A stretch of DNA of 64,000 nt from a virus. Its lineage: Duplodnaviria > Caudoviricetes. Under the pieces are notes generated by a model. That model worked only from the letters and a program-made list of their open reading frames with translations. It was not told the origin of the DNA and did not search any database. The stretch covers positions 32,001 through 96,000 of the IMG/VR virus record IMGVR_UViG_3300014969_000016. The stretch is one strand, 5' to 3'. Both the position numbers and the translations under genes were made by a program. Every line of letters starts with the position of its first letter. Position 1 is the first letter of the stretch. Shown piece after piece: positions 9,109 to 18,146 of the stretch.

Positions 9109-9296
9109 GTCCAGTCCCCCTTGGTCTGTCGGTTGGCCACGTTCCACTGTGAACGCTGCAGGTTGCCGTTGGCAACGACGGGCCTCTTGTCCGTGACGAT
9201 GCCCGATTGGTTGGTAGCCCGAGATGTCGGGTTGAGAGGTGTCTTCTTGGCCACCCTCTTGGACAAGGGTGCCTGGCGCTGTGGTCCGACAGGCAT
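9105..9296 (-). CDS. 63-aa basic protein with NLQRSQW motif
   Basis: MPVGPQRQAPLSKRV...; coupled to both neighbours. Confidence 0.6.
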   Translation of the reverse strand: MPVGPQRQAPLSKRVAKKTPLNPTSRATNQSGIVTDKRPVVANGNLQRSQWNVANRQTKGDWT

Positions 9297-11419
9297 CACC
9301 GAGCGAACCTTGGGTTCTGTGCGTAGATCGCATCGTTGCGCTTGCTGCGCTGGCGCAACTCCACCGAGGCGGCAGCGCGAGAGGGACGGCGCTTCGTATC
9401 GGGTCGCTCCGTGGCATCCCACGATGCGATGTTGGGGGCCGGTGCTCCACCCCTCGCCGCCGAGATGTGGGCAGCCGCCTCGGATTGCTCCGTGGCCACC
9501 CGTGATGCCGACTGGGCCATGCGCCCACGCAGTTCGATGGAGGCAGCATGCTCGTTGGCATGATCGGCGGGCGTCTTGGTTGGGAACAGCGGGCCTTGGC
9601 CAGCCTTCGGGTCGGCCTTGGCCGGTAGCGCCCGCCAGTTGCTGGCGTAGCGGGTGGCCTCCCCGGTATCGACATCGAACAGCGGAACGTTCTCGCCTGG
9701 CTTGGGCGTCTGGCCAGCAGGAGCATTGGGCCGACCGGCAGCTTGAGCAGCGATGTGCGCCTCGCGCTTCTTCAGGTCGGGATCCTTGTCCATGTCCATG
9801 CGGTAGGAAGTCCATGACCCGCCCTGGACGGCAACGGCCGGAACACCAGCGCCAACGTTGCGCCCAGCGGCCCGTGCCCGGTCGGTGACGATGCCTGCAG
9901 CCCGGTTGTTGACCTCGTTGGACATGGCATGCAACGCCTCTTCCTTGGTGAGCTTGCGCTCACCCTTGGGAGTAGGCATGTACTTGTCACCACTACCGAT
10001 GTTCATGACGTGCTCGTCAGAGCCGAGCAGCTTGGCCACCAAACTTGGTGAGCGAGCACTCTGGCCGACTTCCTTGCCCTCCACATCACGGGGCAAGGCC
10101 AATGACTGGGCCATCGCCCAGGTGTCCTGGGCCGTCGTGCCCTCATGGAGCTTCATCCCCGCATCGATCCTGGCGTTATCCCGTGCCGACTGCTCCGGGA
10201 AGAACTGCTCAGCGGCCACGGACGGACGATGCGGCACGTCGGGCTGGTGACCGGTGTTCAAGATGCCCTGGGTGACGTGCGCCTTGCCGTAGGGATCGGC
10301 TTCGTACTCGGGGCCGAAGATCGTGGGCTGTTCGAAGTACGGGTGATTCTCGGGTATCGATTCGTGGACCCTGCGATTGAACTCGGACACGTCGTTGGCG
10401 TCGGGGGCATCCTCACCCATCGATGCCAGGCCAGCGCCGAGCAGGCTCTGGTGGGTGTAGGTGGGCACCTTGCCGGTTGGCCCTTGATCGGCCTGGGTCT
10501 TCTGGCCCCGGATCATCTCGGTGCCGGTGGCGACCTCGGTGCCGCCCTTGGCGATGCCTCCGAGATCGACGTTGCCCGTCAGGTGGTCCCGGTGACGGGC
10601 GAGCATCGCCACCTGCTTCGGAGTGAAGTCACTGAAGTTGCGATTCTGGCCGGGAGCCATGTCGAGGTCTTCCATCGCCTGACCATGGGACTTGCGAACA
10701 TCAGGATCGGCGTTCTTGGGCAGCTTGGCCATCGTCAAGGACCGATCACCACGCCCGTGCTGGCCGTAGGAGATGGCCGTTGCCGCCGCTCGTTCCGACA
10801 CCGGGTCGTTCTGCGGACTCATCGACGTGGAGCCGACAACGGTCTGGCGTGTATCGGCGCCCGTTACTTCGGCCACCTTGGCCAGTTCGCCGCCATGACT
10901 CTGGTACCAGTCACCACCCGCAGGGATCACCGTGCCCCTGCCCTCCTTGACGTGGGCGACCGAGGCCAGGGCCGATGCGGACAGCGACGACGGGCCGAGA
11001 TCAGCATCGGTCACGCCGATGTTCCCGGACAGGGTGCGCTGCCCAGCCCGTGCGTAGTTGTCAGCCACACGCGCCGCAGCAACGTCCATCGTCACCGGGG
11101 TGGGGCTGTTGGTGAGGAGCGACGCTGCCGTGGTCATCTGCGCCGCACGGCGCTTCTCCTTGCCGATGTTGTCTACGTCGCCGCCCTTGGCCCCCGCAAC
11201 ACGCGCTGTTGCGTTGGCGGCGGCATTCGCCGCCATCGTGTGGGGGTTGGAGGCGATGTTCGTGAAGGCTGCCTCAGCCCGCGCCTTGCCCTCGGGAGAG
11301 AAGTCGGCCATCGTCGGCGGGCGACCGGTCGTCTCTCGGGGATGCAGCGGCGGTTGACCGTTGGCTTCGTCTCGACTCGTTCGGCCCATCAGCCCTTCCT
11401 TCCCCGTGGATCCCGCCAC
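9296..11419 (-). CDS. Large virion-associated protein with a dispersed HhH-glycosylase-like (WY..SPQ..KV..DxW..VQ..W) motif pattern
   Basis: 707 aa. DWYQSH, SMSPQN, GKVPTY, AQDTWA, AVQGGSW occur in the order seen in a widespread phage family. Disordered ends. Confidence 0.5.
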   Translation of the reverse strand: MAGSTGKEGLMGRTSRDEANGQPPLHPRETTGRPPTMADFSPEGKARAEAAFTNIASNPHTMAANAAANATARVAGAKGGDVDNIGKEKRRAAQMTTAASLLTNSPTPVTMDVAAARVADNYARAGQRTLSGNIGVTDADLGPSSLSASALASVAHVKEGRGTVIPAGGDWYQSHGGELAKVAEVTGADTRQTVVGSTSMSPQNDPVSERAAATAISYGQHGRGDRSLTMAKLPKNADPDVRKSHGQAMEDLDMAPGQNRNFSDFTPKQVAMLARHRDHLTGNVDLGGIAKGGTEVATGTEMIRGQKTQADQGPTGKVPTYTHQSLLGAGLASMGEDAPDANDVSEFNRRVHESIPENHPYFEQPTIFGPEYEADPYGKAHVTQGILNTGHQPDVPHRPSVAAEQFFPEQSARDNARIDAGMKLHEGTTAQDTWAMAQSLALPRDVEGKEVGQSARSPSLVAKLLGSDEHVMNIGSGDKYMPTPKGERKLTKEEALHAMSNEVNNRAAGIVTDRARAAGRNVGAGVPAVAVQGGSWTSYRMDMDKDPDLKKREAHIAAQAAGRPNAPAGQTPKPGENVPLFDVDTGEATRYASNWRALPAKADPKAGQGPLFPTKTPADHANEHAASIELRGRMAQSASRVATEQSEAAAHISAARGGAPAPNIASWDATERPDTKRRPSRAAASVELRQRSKRNDAIYAQNPRFAR

Positions 11420-11703
11420 CCCTTGGAGATGGCCTTGGCCCGCCTGGCCTCCAACACGTCGGGCCGGAACGGCTGGAGTGCTGGCGGCATCGCGAACTTG
11501 TTGAGATACTTGCGGTGTACCTCTTTCAACACGTTCGGATCGGCGTTGATCATCTCGTAGCCGCTGTTGACCTCGGCAGACGGCTTGACCAGGTACTTCT
11601 GGATGTTGGAGACAGGGCGTCCCGCCGTGGCAGGGCCAAGTGCTCCAGAAGCTGCTCTAGCGCCTTTCGACCCGGCCGCGCCCACTGAGATGGGCTTGGC
11701 CAT
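11389..11703 (-). CDS. Small basic hypothetical protein
   Basis: 104 aa, in operon. Confidence 0.65.
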   Translation of the reverse strand: MAKPISVGAAGSKGARAASGALGPATAGRPVSNIQKYLVKPSAEVNSGYEMINADPNVLKEVHRKYLNKFAMPPALQPFRPDVLEARRAKAISKGWRDPRGRKG

Positions 11704-11709
11704 GGTGGG

Positions 11710-12072
11710 TCAGTCGCTGACTTGGGCGGGGTTGAGGCGACGGATGCGTGCCTCGCTCCCCACTTCGCGTTCGAAGCTGGCCGGTCCCTGACCGATGGAA
11801 GCGCCGATCACGAAGTCGTTCAGCATGGTGGGGGCTTCGATCCAGGTGGCGCTGCCGACATGGGCACGCTCACGCATCGTCTCGGCCTCGCCCTTCCAGA
11901 CGGTGTACGGACGCTGACGAGCGTCGCCACCGGGATCGCCGTAGGCGCCCTGGCCGAAGTCGTTGGGAACGTCGGTGTCCGTGGCAACGCCCTCTTCGAA
12001 GCGGAGTGGACCACGTCGAGCGTTGTTCACTGCCATGACGTGCTCATAGCCGCTCGCAGGTGCGTAGCTCAT
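11710..12072 (-). CDS. Conserved head-module protein downstream of terminase
   Basis: RRGPLRFEEGVATDTDVPNDF...TMRERAHVGSATWIEAP; GGAGG RBS before ATG 12072. Confidence 0.75.
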   Translation of the reverse strand: MSYAPASGYEHVMAVNNARRGPLRFEEGVATDTDVPNDFGQGAYGDPGGDARQRPYTVWKGEAETMRERAHVGSATWIEAPTMLNDFVIGASIGQGPASFEREVGSEARIRRLNPAQVSD

Positions 12073-12199
12073 TGATTGCCTCCTTAGGCCGGTATCACCC
12101 GAGCATAGACCAGGCAAACCTCTGTATCGAGGTTTCCTGGAGCGCTCTGAGGAGTCCCCGCCAAAGTGTAAAGCCGAATCTTGTGACGTTCGTCACAAG

Positions 12200-13822
12200 T
12201 CATCCCCGGCGAGTGAAGAACGGCGAGTCCATCTGCTCTACGACGGGGACGGCATCGTCCATCGTGCAGGCCGCAGCCAGGGCCAGGCTGTCCACGTAGT
12301 CCTCATGAGCCTCACGCTCGTCGGGGGCTTCTACCAGGAGGTATTGGCCCTTCATCACCTTCTCCACGTCCACCATCTGCTGACGGAAGCGTCGCCACAC
12401 CCTGGTGCGCCGTGCCTTGGAGTGGCCGGGGTAGATCAGCATCTGGCGTTGTATCAACTGGATGAGGTGCTTCCAGCGGTCGGCCTGGTTCTTGGCATCG
12501 GACGGGTACGGCCGAACTTCGGCCCGCGATCCGATCAGTCGGGCCATGCGGTCGGCAACGGCGCTGCCCATGCCCTGGGCATCGACGCCAACGTGGGAGA
12601 TCCAGTACGGCTCAAGGAAGTCGAGAATTTCGAAGTACTGCTCCTCCCAGGCTGTGTTGTGGATCTCCAGCCAGTTGAGGATGCGGTGCTCCCGGTACCC
12701 GGCCGGGTCGGGGAAGTCCCAGTCCACCCAACACACGGTGACGACGGTGGAGTCCTTCACACGGGCCGGGTCGATGCCCACCACGCAGGGAGAACGGTGC
12801 CATGCCTTGACTAAGCCCATCGACTTGTCAGCAAGGGCGTCCAGGTCGTCCTCGGTGATGAGCATGCCTCGCTCAAGCATCCACTTGAGCCGGTATGACA
12901 TCTGGAACTCTTCGGAGTCCTCCCCGAGACGGAGCTTCTCCTTGTCGATGAACTTCTTGTAGAACGGGTTGTACCGGGAGACGACTCGGTCGTCGTACTC
13001 AAAGTGGTTGGCCCGCTTACCCCGCTGACGGCGCTTGTTGAGGTTGATGGCCTTGTAGAAGTCACCCTTGTGATACCCAGGGGTGCCGATCTTGACCATC
13101 GTGCCGCCCGTGGCCGCGAGCATGGGGTGGATCGACTTGCGGATGACCTGCTCGTCGGCGTCCTGGCACTCGTCCACCACGATGATGTGATACGTGGAGC
13201 CTTCGATCTTGGCCCGAGGGTTGGCGGTCTGGCGTCTGCAGTAGGAGCCGTTGGAGAGTCGCACGACCTTGGACTTGCCATCGACCTTCTCATCGATCTC
13301 CGGGTCGGACAGGATCGATACCGCCCTATCGGAGGTCAGTCTCGACACGATGCGTGAGAACACCAGGTCAGACTGGTCATCGACCGGTGCGAACAGCCCG
13401 ATCCACACGCCGTCCTTGAACCGCTCCAGCAGCGGGTAGGTCTTGGCCAGGATGGGCAGCAGGATCATGCAACCCGACAGGGTGACGGCCACGACCTCGC
13501 TCTTGCCTGACTGGCGGGCCATCAGCCCGGTGATCTCTTCGGCATCCCCCAGAATCAGACTTTCGATCACCCGGTAAGACATCGTGCGCTGGTACGGCCG
13601 CAGTTCGTGGCCCCACAGTTCCTCGCAGAAGATGATGGTGCGCCGGATCAACTGATCCAGGAAGTTGGCCATCTCCGGGTCGAGGTCATCGATGGTGTCC
13701 GAGTCCTGATCTTCCAGGAGGGTGGCTTCCTCAGCCGCCTCTTCGGCAGCGAGTTCGGCCTCTTCCTCATCGGTGAGGTCGTAGCCCAGGTCCGTGATCA
13801 GATCAGAGATACCTACGACCAT
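12200..13822 (-). CDS. terL: Terminase large subunit
   Basis: Walker A ARQSGKS, Walker B IIVVDECQ, coupling motif IGTP, nuclease VGIDPA and HEDYVDSLAL. Start moved downstream of the 13833 terminator (exact start uncertain). Confidence 0.95.
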   Translation of the reverse strand: MVVGISDLITDLGYDLTDEEEAELAAEEAAEEATLLEDQDSDTIDDLDPEMANFLDQLIRRTIIFCEELWGHELRPYQRTMSYRVIESLILGDAEEITGLMARQSGKSEVVAVTLSGCMILLPILAKTYPLLERFKDGVWIGLFAPVDDQSDLVFSRIVSRLTSDRAVSILSDPEIDEKVDGKSKVVRLSNGSYCRRQTANPRAKIEGSTYHIIVVDECQDADEQVIRKSIHPMLAATGGTMVKIGTPGYHKGDFYKAINLNKRRQRGKRANHFEYDDRVVSRYNPFYKKFIDKEKLRLGEDSEEFQMSYRLKWMLERGMLITEDDLDALADKSMGLVKAWHRSPCVVGIDPARVKDSTVVTVCWVDWDFPDPAGYREHRILNWLEIHNTAWEEQYFEILDFLEPYWISHVGVDAQGMGSAVADRMARLIGSRAEVRPYPSDAKNQADRWKHLIQLIQRQMLIYPGHSKARRTRVWRRFRQQMVDVEKVMKGQYLLVEAPDEREAHEDYVDSLALAAACTMDDAVPVVEQMDSPFFTRRG

Positions 13823-13828
13823 ACACGG

Positions 13829-13862
13829 GTAAACCAAAGGCCACCCGAAGGTGGCCTTTGGT
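13829..13862 (-). terminator. Rho-independent terminator separating middle genes from terL
   Basis: ACCAAAGGCCACC-TTCG-GGTGGCCTTTGGT, 13-bp stem with UUCG loop, followed by TT. Confidence 0.75.
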
Positions 13863-13920
13863 CCCACTTACCGAAACAGGATCACTCCAAGCTTCGCTGC
13901 TGATCAGTGTAGCAGATGAC

Positions 13921-14199
13921 TCAACGTTTCCGACCCCTTGCGGGCTGTTTTCGGGGGATCGTACGCTTGCGGGGTTCGGTGGCCTGGTCGGCCTCCAGCG
14001 CCCGCTTGGCATCCTGGAACGACAGCAACGTGCGTCTGACCAAACGCTGGTACGGCTCCAGCCACATGGTGTGGCGAGTCTTCGCCTCCAGTATCTCAAC
14101 AAGCCAGTTGTACGACCCGGAGTCCAGGTAGACCGTGTAGATCGGCCCATCTTCCAGGTGTTCTATGGCGACGAGGCGCTTTTCCCTAGCTGTCGGCAC
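13921..14199 (-). CDS. Hypothetical protein
   Basis: 92 aa, in operon. Confidence 0.6.
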   Translation of the reverse strand: MPTAREKRLVAIEHLEDGPIYTVYLDSGSYNWLVEILEAKTRHTMWLEPYQRLVRRTLLSFQDAKRALEADQATEPRKRTIPRKQPARGRKR

Positions 14200-14449
14200 G
14201 CGCCATCTTGCGCCGGTTGGCGTAGTACTCGTCGTTGATCTTCACGCAGGCATCCCCCAGGCAGCCCTTCTGGCGGCGGTAGAGGGAGGCGTGAGGGCAC
14301 TCGGCCGAATCGCTGTCAGGGTCCACTCCGCAGACGTGCTCTTCTGACACAACGATGGGCAGCGACTTACGGCCAGGGCGCTCCCGCAACAGGAGTTCCA
14401 CCTGGGCCTCCACACGGGCCAGCCGTGTATTCAGGTTCTCTTTCGACAT
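14186..14449 (-). CDS. Cys-rich hypothetical protein
   Basis: 87 aa; HVC...CPH..Y...GC...C. Confidence 0.65.
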   Translation of the reverse strand: MSKENLNTRLARVEAQVELLLRERPGRKSLPIVVSEEHVCGVDPDSDSAECPHASLYRRQKGCLGDACVKINDEYYANRRKMARADS

Positions 14450-14453
14450 TGTC

Positions 14454-14783
14454 TCATCCCAAGGGGGTGTTGAGGTCCGGGTTCACGTGGATCTGCCAAA
14501 CGACGCCGCCCGGAGCGATGCCCATCATGGAACCGGTGCCATCCGGCTCACGGACCTGCCACGTGACCTTGTCCCGTGATTCGGAAGCATCACGGAAGCT
14601 TTCGATCAAGTCAAGCGCGTCGCCAGCGGATTCGGCGTCGGTGGAGCGAACGGTCTGCATGTCGCCCATCGCTCCCTTGCGCAGTTCGATGGTGTAGTGC
14701 TTGTACACAGGCCACTCCAGGTGTAGTTCTTGCTGCTCGTACTCGGTGTCCCCGAAGTAGAGCTTGGTGGGTTGTTTGGTCAT
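14454..14783 (-). CDS. Hypothetical protein
   Basis: 109 aa. Confidence 0.7.
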   Translation of the reverse strand: MTKQPTKLYFGDTEYEQQELHLEWPVYKHYTIELRKGAMGDMQTVRSTDAESAGDALDLIESFRDASESRDKVTWQVREPDGTGSMMGIAPGGVVWQIHVNPDLNTPLG

Positions 14784-14807
14784 AAGTCAAGGATACCGGT
14801 TCTTTGC

Positions 14808-15047
14808 CTAGTTCTCAACCCGGTCCTGTAACACCTGTACGGCGTCAAGGGCTTGGCGGATCTGGACTTCCATCTCCTGCAGCAGCCAAGCCGGGTCCAG
14901 TTCCTTGTGTGTGATACCACGAAACAGTTCCGCCGTCCTGCTGAGGGATGTCTCCAGCGCTAGCTCCAGATCCGGGGTCGGTAACCGTCCCAGCTTGGAA
15001 GTCCCACTGGATCGTGGCCGTGGCCCCGTCGCCTTGCGTCTCAGCAT
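14808..15047 (-). CDS. Small helical hypothetical protein
   Basis: 79 aa; overlaps the 3' part of the upstream ORF. Confidence 0.6.
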   Translation of the reverse strand: MLRRKATGPRPRSSGTSKLGRLPTPDLELALETSLSRTAELFRGITHKELDPAWLLQEMEVQIRQALDAVQVLQDRVEN

Positions 15048-15291
15048 TCGTAGGTGTCCACTTCCCGATTTCCGTGGGCCGGTAGGAGAGGCCGAGGTGC
15101 AGAGCCTCTCGACGGTACCTGAACAGGCCCACGTGGAGCCAATGGTGTTGTGATACCCGTATACGGACTCCGTACGTGGACGCCCGGAACGGGATGCTGT
15201 CCTCCACCACCCAGGAGCCGGTGAGGAGCGCTCGATCCTGCGGATCCTCTTCGAAGGCCCAATACAGCGGTATGCCTCTGACTCTGATCAT
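14845..15291 (-). CDS. Hypothetical protein
   Basis: ATGA-coupled to the KTSC gene (MIRVRGIPLYWAFE...). Confidence 0.55.
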   Translation of the reverse strand: MIRVRGIPLYWAFEEDPQDRALLTGSWVVEDSIPFRASTYGVRIRVSQHHWLHVGLFRYRREALHLGLSYRPTEIGKWTPTNAETQGDGATATIQWDFQAGTVTDPGSGASAGDIPQQDGGTVSWYHTQGTGPGLAAAGDGSPDPPSP

Positions 15292-15656
15292 GTGCGCAGG
15301 CGGGAGCCGATGCCCTTGCGCTTCTCGTTGGAGGGGAAGTCCTCTTCGCCCTCCATCTTGCGGTAGACCTTGCCGTTCAGGCTGGAGTTGACGTGCTTGC
15401 CCTTGCTGGCCACACGGGCAAACGCCCGGTAGCCCTCGTAGTCCACGTTCTCGTAGATATGGCCTGGCCCCTTGCCGTTGGTCCACTGCACCTGCAGTTG
15501 GCGCTGGAGGTGGTCGAAGCGGAAGCGGCTCACCCGTGTGGAGCGAGGGGTTTCGATCCACGGGCCGAGGTCGTGCTGGACGCCGATCTCGACGCCTGCG
15601 TAGACATCCTCGGCCAGGGTGGGTGGCTTCTCTGGTCCCGCCGTCTTCCTGGGCAT
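15288..15656 (-). CDS. KTSC-domain protein
   Basis: STRVSRFRFD...LQVQWTNG...YENV...YRAF...SKGKHVN. Confidence 0.75.
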   Translation of the reverse strand: MPRKTAGPEKPPTLAEDVYAGVEIGVQHDLGPWIETPRSTRVSRFRFDHLQRQLQVQWTNGKGPGHIYENVDYEGYRAFARVASKGKHVNSSLNGKVYRKMEGEEDFPSNEKRKGIGSRLRT

Positions 15657-15695
15657 GAGATTAGACTAGCAAAGATTCGGTAACCTGGTATCACC

Positions 15696-15983
15696 ATGAG
15701 CTTCGACATAGACGAACCCATCCTCTGCCACACCTTCGGCGTGGGCATGACGGTGGACGATGACAACCCGGCCATCTTCATCGTGATGGGTGAGAGTGAA
15801 GACGCTCCACCCACCCACGGGGTACTGATGACGGCCGAAGGCTTCGCTGACTTCATGAAGCGCTGTCTGGCGCTCGCCATGGAGGTCGCGTCCATCAACC
15901 GGGAACTGGACGGGCTGGAAGGCGCCGCCCGCCACGCTCGCTTGGAAGCGATCCAGGGGCGCTACTCTGCTGGCCTGAACTGA
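15696..15983 (+). CDS. Hypothetical protein (isolated plus-strand gene)
   Basis: 95 aa, followed by a hairpin. Confidence 0.7.
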   Translation: MSFDIDEPILCHTFGVGMTVDDDNPAIFIVMGESEDAPPTHGVLMTAEGFADFMKRCLALAMEVASINRELDGLEGAARHARLEAIQGRYSAGLN

Positions 15984-15988
15984 GTGGG

Positions 15989-16020
15989 TGGAGGGGCCGG
16001 GGTGCGATCCGGCCCCTCCA
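15989..16020. terminator. Hairpin between convergent genes
   Basis: TGGAGGGGCCGG-N8-CCGGCCCCTCCA. Confidence 0.65.
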
Positions 16021-16081
16021 ACAATCACACAAGGGCGTGATGGCCAGCCTGGGTGATGATCACCCAGGGTAACACAACGGA

Positions 16082-18079
16082 TCAGAGCGTGGGTGGCAAC
16101 TGCGGGGGTGGCCCCACCGGGATGGGTTCGAACGGCGTACCCGGAGGCACGACCGGCGCACCTGGCGGGAACGGCCCGTTGGGGTTGGCGCAAGCCGCCG
16201 ACTCCGGTGGGTAGGTCACGAACGCCGTGGCGGTCGGGTTGACCGTGTACTCCAGGTTGATGCCCTCTCGCAGGAACTCATCGCTGGGGTCACGGATCCA
16301 GAAGCCGTCAGCGTTCAGGATCCAACCCGGCACGTCGGCAATCGACCCATCGGCGTTGATCACGCTGCCTGGGTAGAGCACGTCGGCCGTGGTCCCCGGC
16401 GTATAGACGAGCGGGAGCGTTCCCACCACGTTGCCGTTGATGTCCCGCATCGTCAGCGTCCCAGTCTGGCCCGCCAGCGACGGGAACTGGTTCAGGAACT
16501 GGATCCTGATGACCGGAACCTCGGCCACGCAAACCGACGCCGCTGCTCCGAATTGGAATGTCTCAGGGAGCGTCGTGGTAGTCGTCGTGGATGGGGATGA
16601 CGTAGTCGTCGTCCCCGGCTGGGTAGTCGTGGTGCTCCCGCTCACGGTGGTCGAGGTGCTCGGCAAGGAGCTTGAGCTTGTCGATGTAGTCGATGGACTC
16701 GTCGTTGTCGAGGTCGTGGACGATGTCGTGGACGGAGCGGTCGTCGTAGTCGTGCTTGGCGCTGTCGTCGTACTCGCCGTCGTCGTCGTGGTCGTCGGGG
16801 CGGCTGTCGTGGTCGTGGTGCTTGATGTCGTCACCCCCGTCGTCGTGGTCTGCTGGGGGAGGGTAGTGGTAGTCGATGTGCTCGTCGTTGGCGCCACCGT
16901 TGTCGAAGTCGTCGTAGACGAGGTTGTAGGCGACGTAGTGGAGGTCGTCGTGGACGGCGCGGAAGTCGTAGTGGTCGAGGATGTCGTAGTTGTACCCGGC
17001 GTCGTGGTGGTGGTAGTCGTCTCGGCCACGCAGCCCTCGGGGAACGCCAGCGGGCCAGCGGTGGCCGTCTCGGCCCCCAACGTGTACGTGATCAGGGCGA
17101 TGTCACCCGCTCCGGTCGGCCACGGGACGTTGGTCGTCCCTCCTGAGTTGAAGATCAGGGGGACCGAACCTCCGGTCGAGAAGCTCAGGGTGCCGGTCTG
17201 GCCAGCCAGGTCGGGGCGCAGGCCAAACGTGATGGTGATCACGGCTTGGCCGTTTACGCACGCTGGTACGGCGGGGACGGCGAACAGGCTGATGCGGGGG
17301 ATCGTCGTCGTGGTGGTCGTACCCGGCTGCGTCGTGGTCGTCGTGGTAGTAGGGGCGACCGAAGAGGTGGTGGTAGATGAGGTCGAGCTTGATGTCGTCG
17401 TTGTACCCCCAGTGTCGGGCGGGGGACACTCGTCCACGTCAGGCTCGTCCTGACCCACGTCGTAGGCCAGCGAGTAGCTGCGGCCCTGGGAGTCGTTGAA
17501 GTAGTTGCCGGGTTCGCGTCCGGGCTTGTAGTCCACGCTGATCGGGTTGTTGCCGGTCTGCAGGCGCTCGTCCACGCCAGGCGTGCCGACGTACTTGCAG
17601 ACGAAGACCTTCTTGCCCTCGGTCGTCGTCGTGACGCCGCCGCTGGTGGTCGTGGTGGCGCCACCGGCCGTGGTGGTCGTCGCCCCACCTGAGGTGGTGG
17701 TCGTGGTGCCCTCGTCGTCACCCTGGGGCTGGGTGGTCGTCGTGGAGGCGTGAGTGGTCGTGGTGTAGTGGGCGTGGGTCGTGGTCGGCTCGTTGTCACC
17801 GCCACCTACTGGGAGCAGGTTCTCGTCAGGCTGCTCCACAACCCGCTGCTCCTGGTTGTCGGCCTCCTGGTCGTCGGCAGCCTGCTCCTGAGCTTCCGGC
17901 TCCGGGTCGTCGGCCTGCTCTTGGTCGTCGGCCTGTTGCTCCTGGTCGTCCTGTTGCTGGACGGCGAGGGTCGTGCCCGTCGTTGTGGTGACATCATCGT
18001 CGGCCTGGAGTGATACTGCCGGAACTGCAGCCACCACCCCGGTCAACACAGCGATTGCGGCCGCTACCCGGAGTTTCAT
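16082..18079 (-). CDS. Secreted Thr/Ser-rich (mucin-like) protein resembling actinobacterial surface proteins
   Basis: 665 aa. Signal peptide MKLRVAAAIAVLTGVVAAVPAVSLQA, poly-Thr linkers, three Cys-paired domains (two related), ends LPPTL. Confidence 0.85.
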   Translation of the reverse strand: MKLRVAAAIAVLTGVVAAVPAVSLQADDDVTTTTGTTLAVQQQDDQEQQADDQEQADDPEPEAQEQAADDQEADNQEQRVVEQPDENLLPVGGGDNEPTTTHAHYTTTTHASTTTTQPQGDDEGTTTTTSGGATTTTAGGATTTTSGGVTTTTEGKKVFVCKYVGTPGVDERLQTGNNPISVDYKPGREPGNYFNDSQGRSYSLAYDVGQDEPDVDECPPPDTGGTTTTSSSTSSTTTSSVAPTTTTTTTQPGTTTTTTIPRISLFAVPAVPACVNGQAVITITFGLRPDLAGQTGTLSFSTGGSVPLIFNSGGTTNVPWPTGAGDIALITYTLGAETATAGPLAFPEGCVAETTTTTTTPGTTTTSSTTTTSAPSTTTSTTSPTTSSTTTSTTVAPTTSTSTTTTLPQQTTTTGVTTSSTTTTTAAPTTTTTTASTTTAPSTTTTTAPSTTSSTTSTTTSPSTTSTSSSSLPSTSTTVSGSTTTTQPGTTTTSSPSTTTTTTLPETFQFGAAASVCVAEVPVIRIQFLNQFPSLAGQTGTLTMRDINGNVVGTLPLVYTPGTTADVLYPGSVINADGSIADVPGWILNADGFWIRDPSDEFLREGINLEYTVNPTATAFVTYPPESAACANPNGPFPPGAPVVPPGTPFEPIPVGPPPQLPPTL

Positions 18080-18089
18080 GGGCAGGATG

Positions 18090-18114
18090 TTACCCCACTA
18101 AGGGGGGTTCAAAC
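18090..18114 (-). promoter_or_regulatory. SigB/SigF-type promoter candidate (GTTT-N15-GGGTAA)
   Basis: Minus strand GTTT gaaccccccttagtg GGGTAA, 10 nt before ATG 18079. Confidence 0.45.
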
Positions 18115-18146
18115 AGAGGTAAGAGAAGGGGTAAGATGCCGCCCCT

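Noticed and set aside
16560-17770. Thr-codon repeats as a DNA-level tandem repeat element
   Set aside because: Synonymous codons vary freely, so the repetition is at protein level
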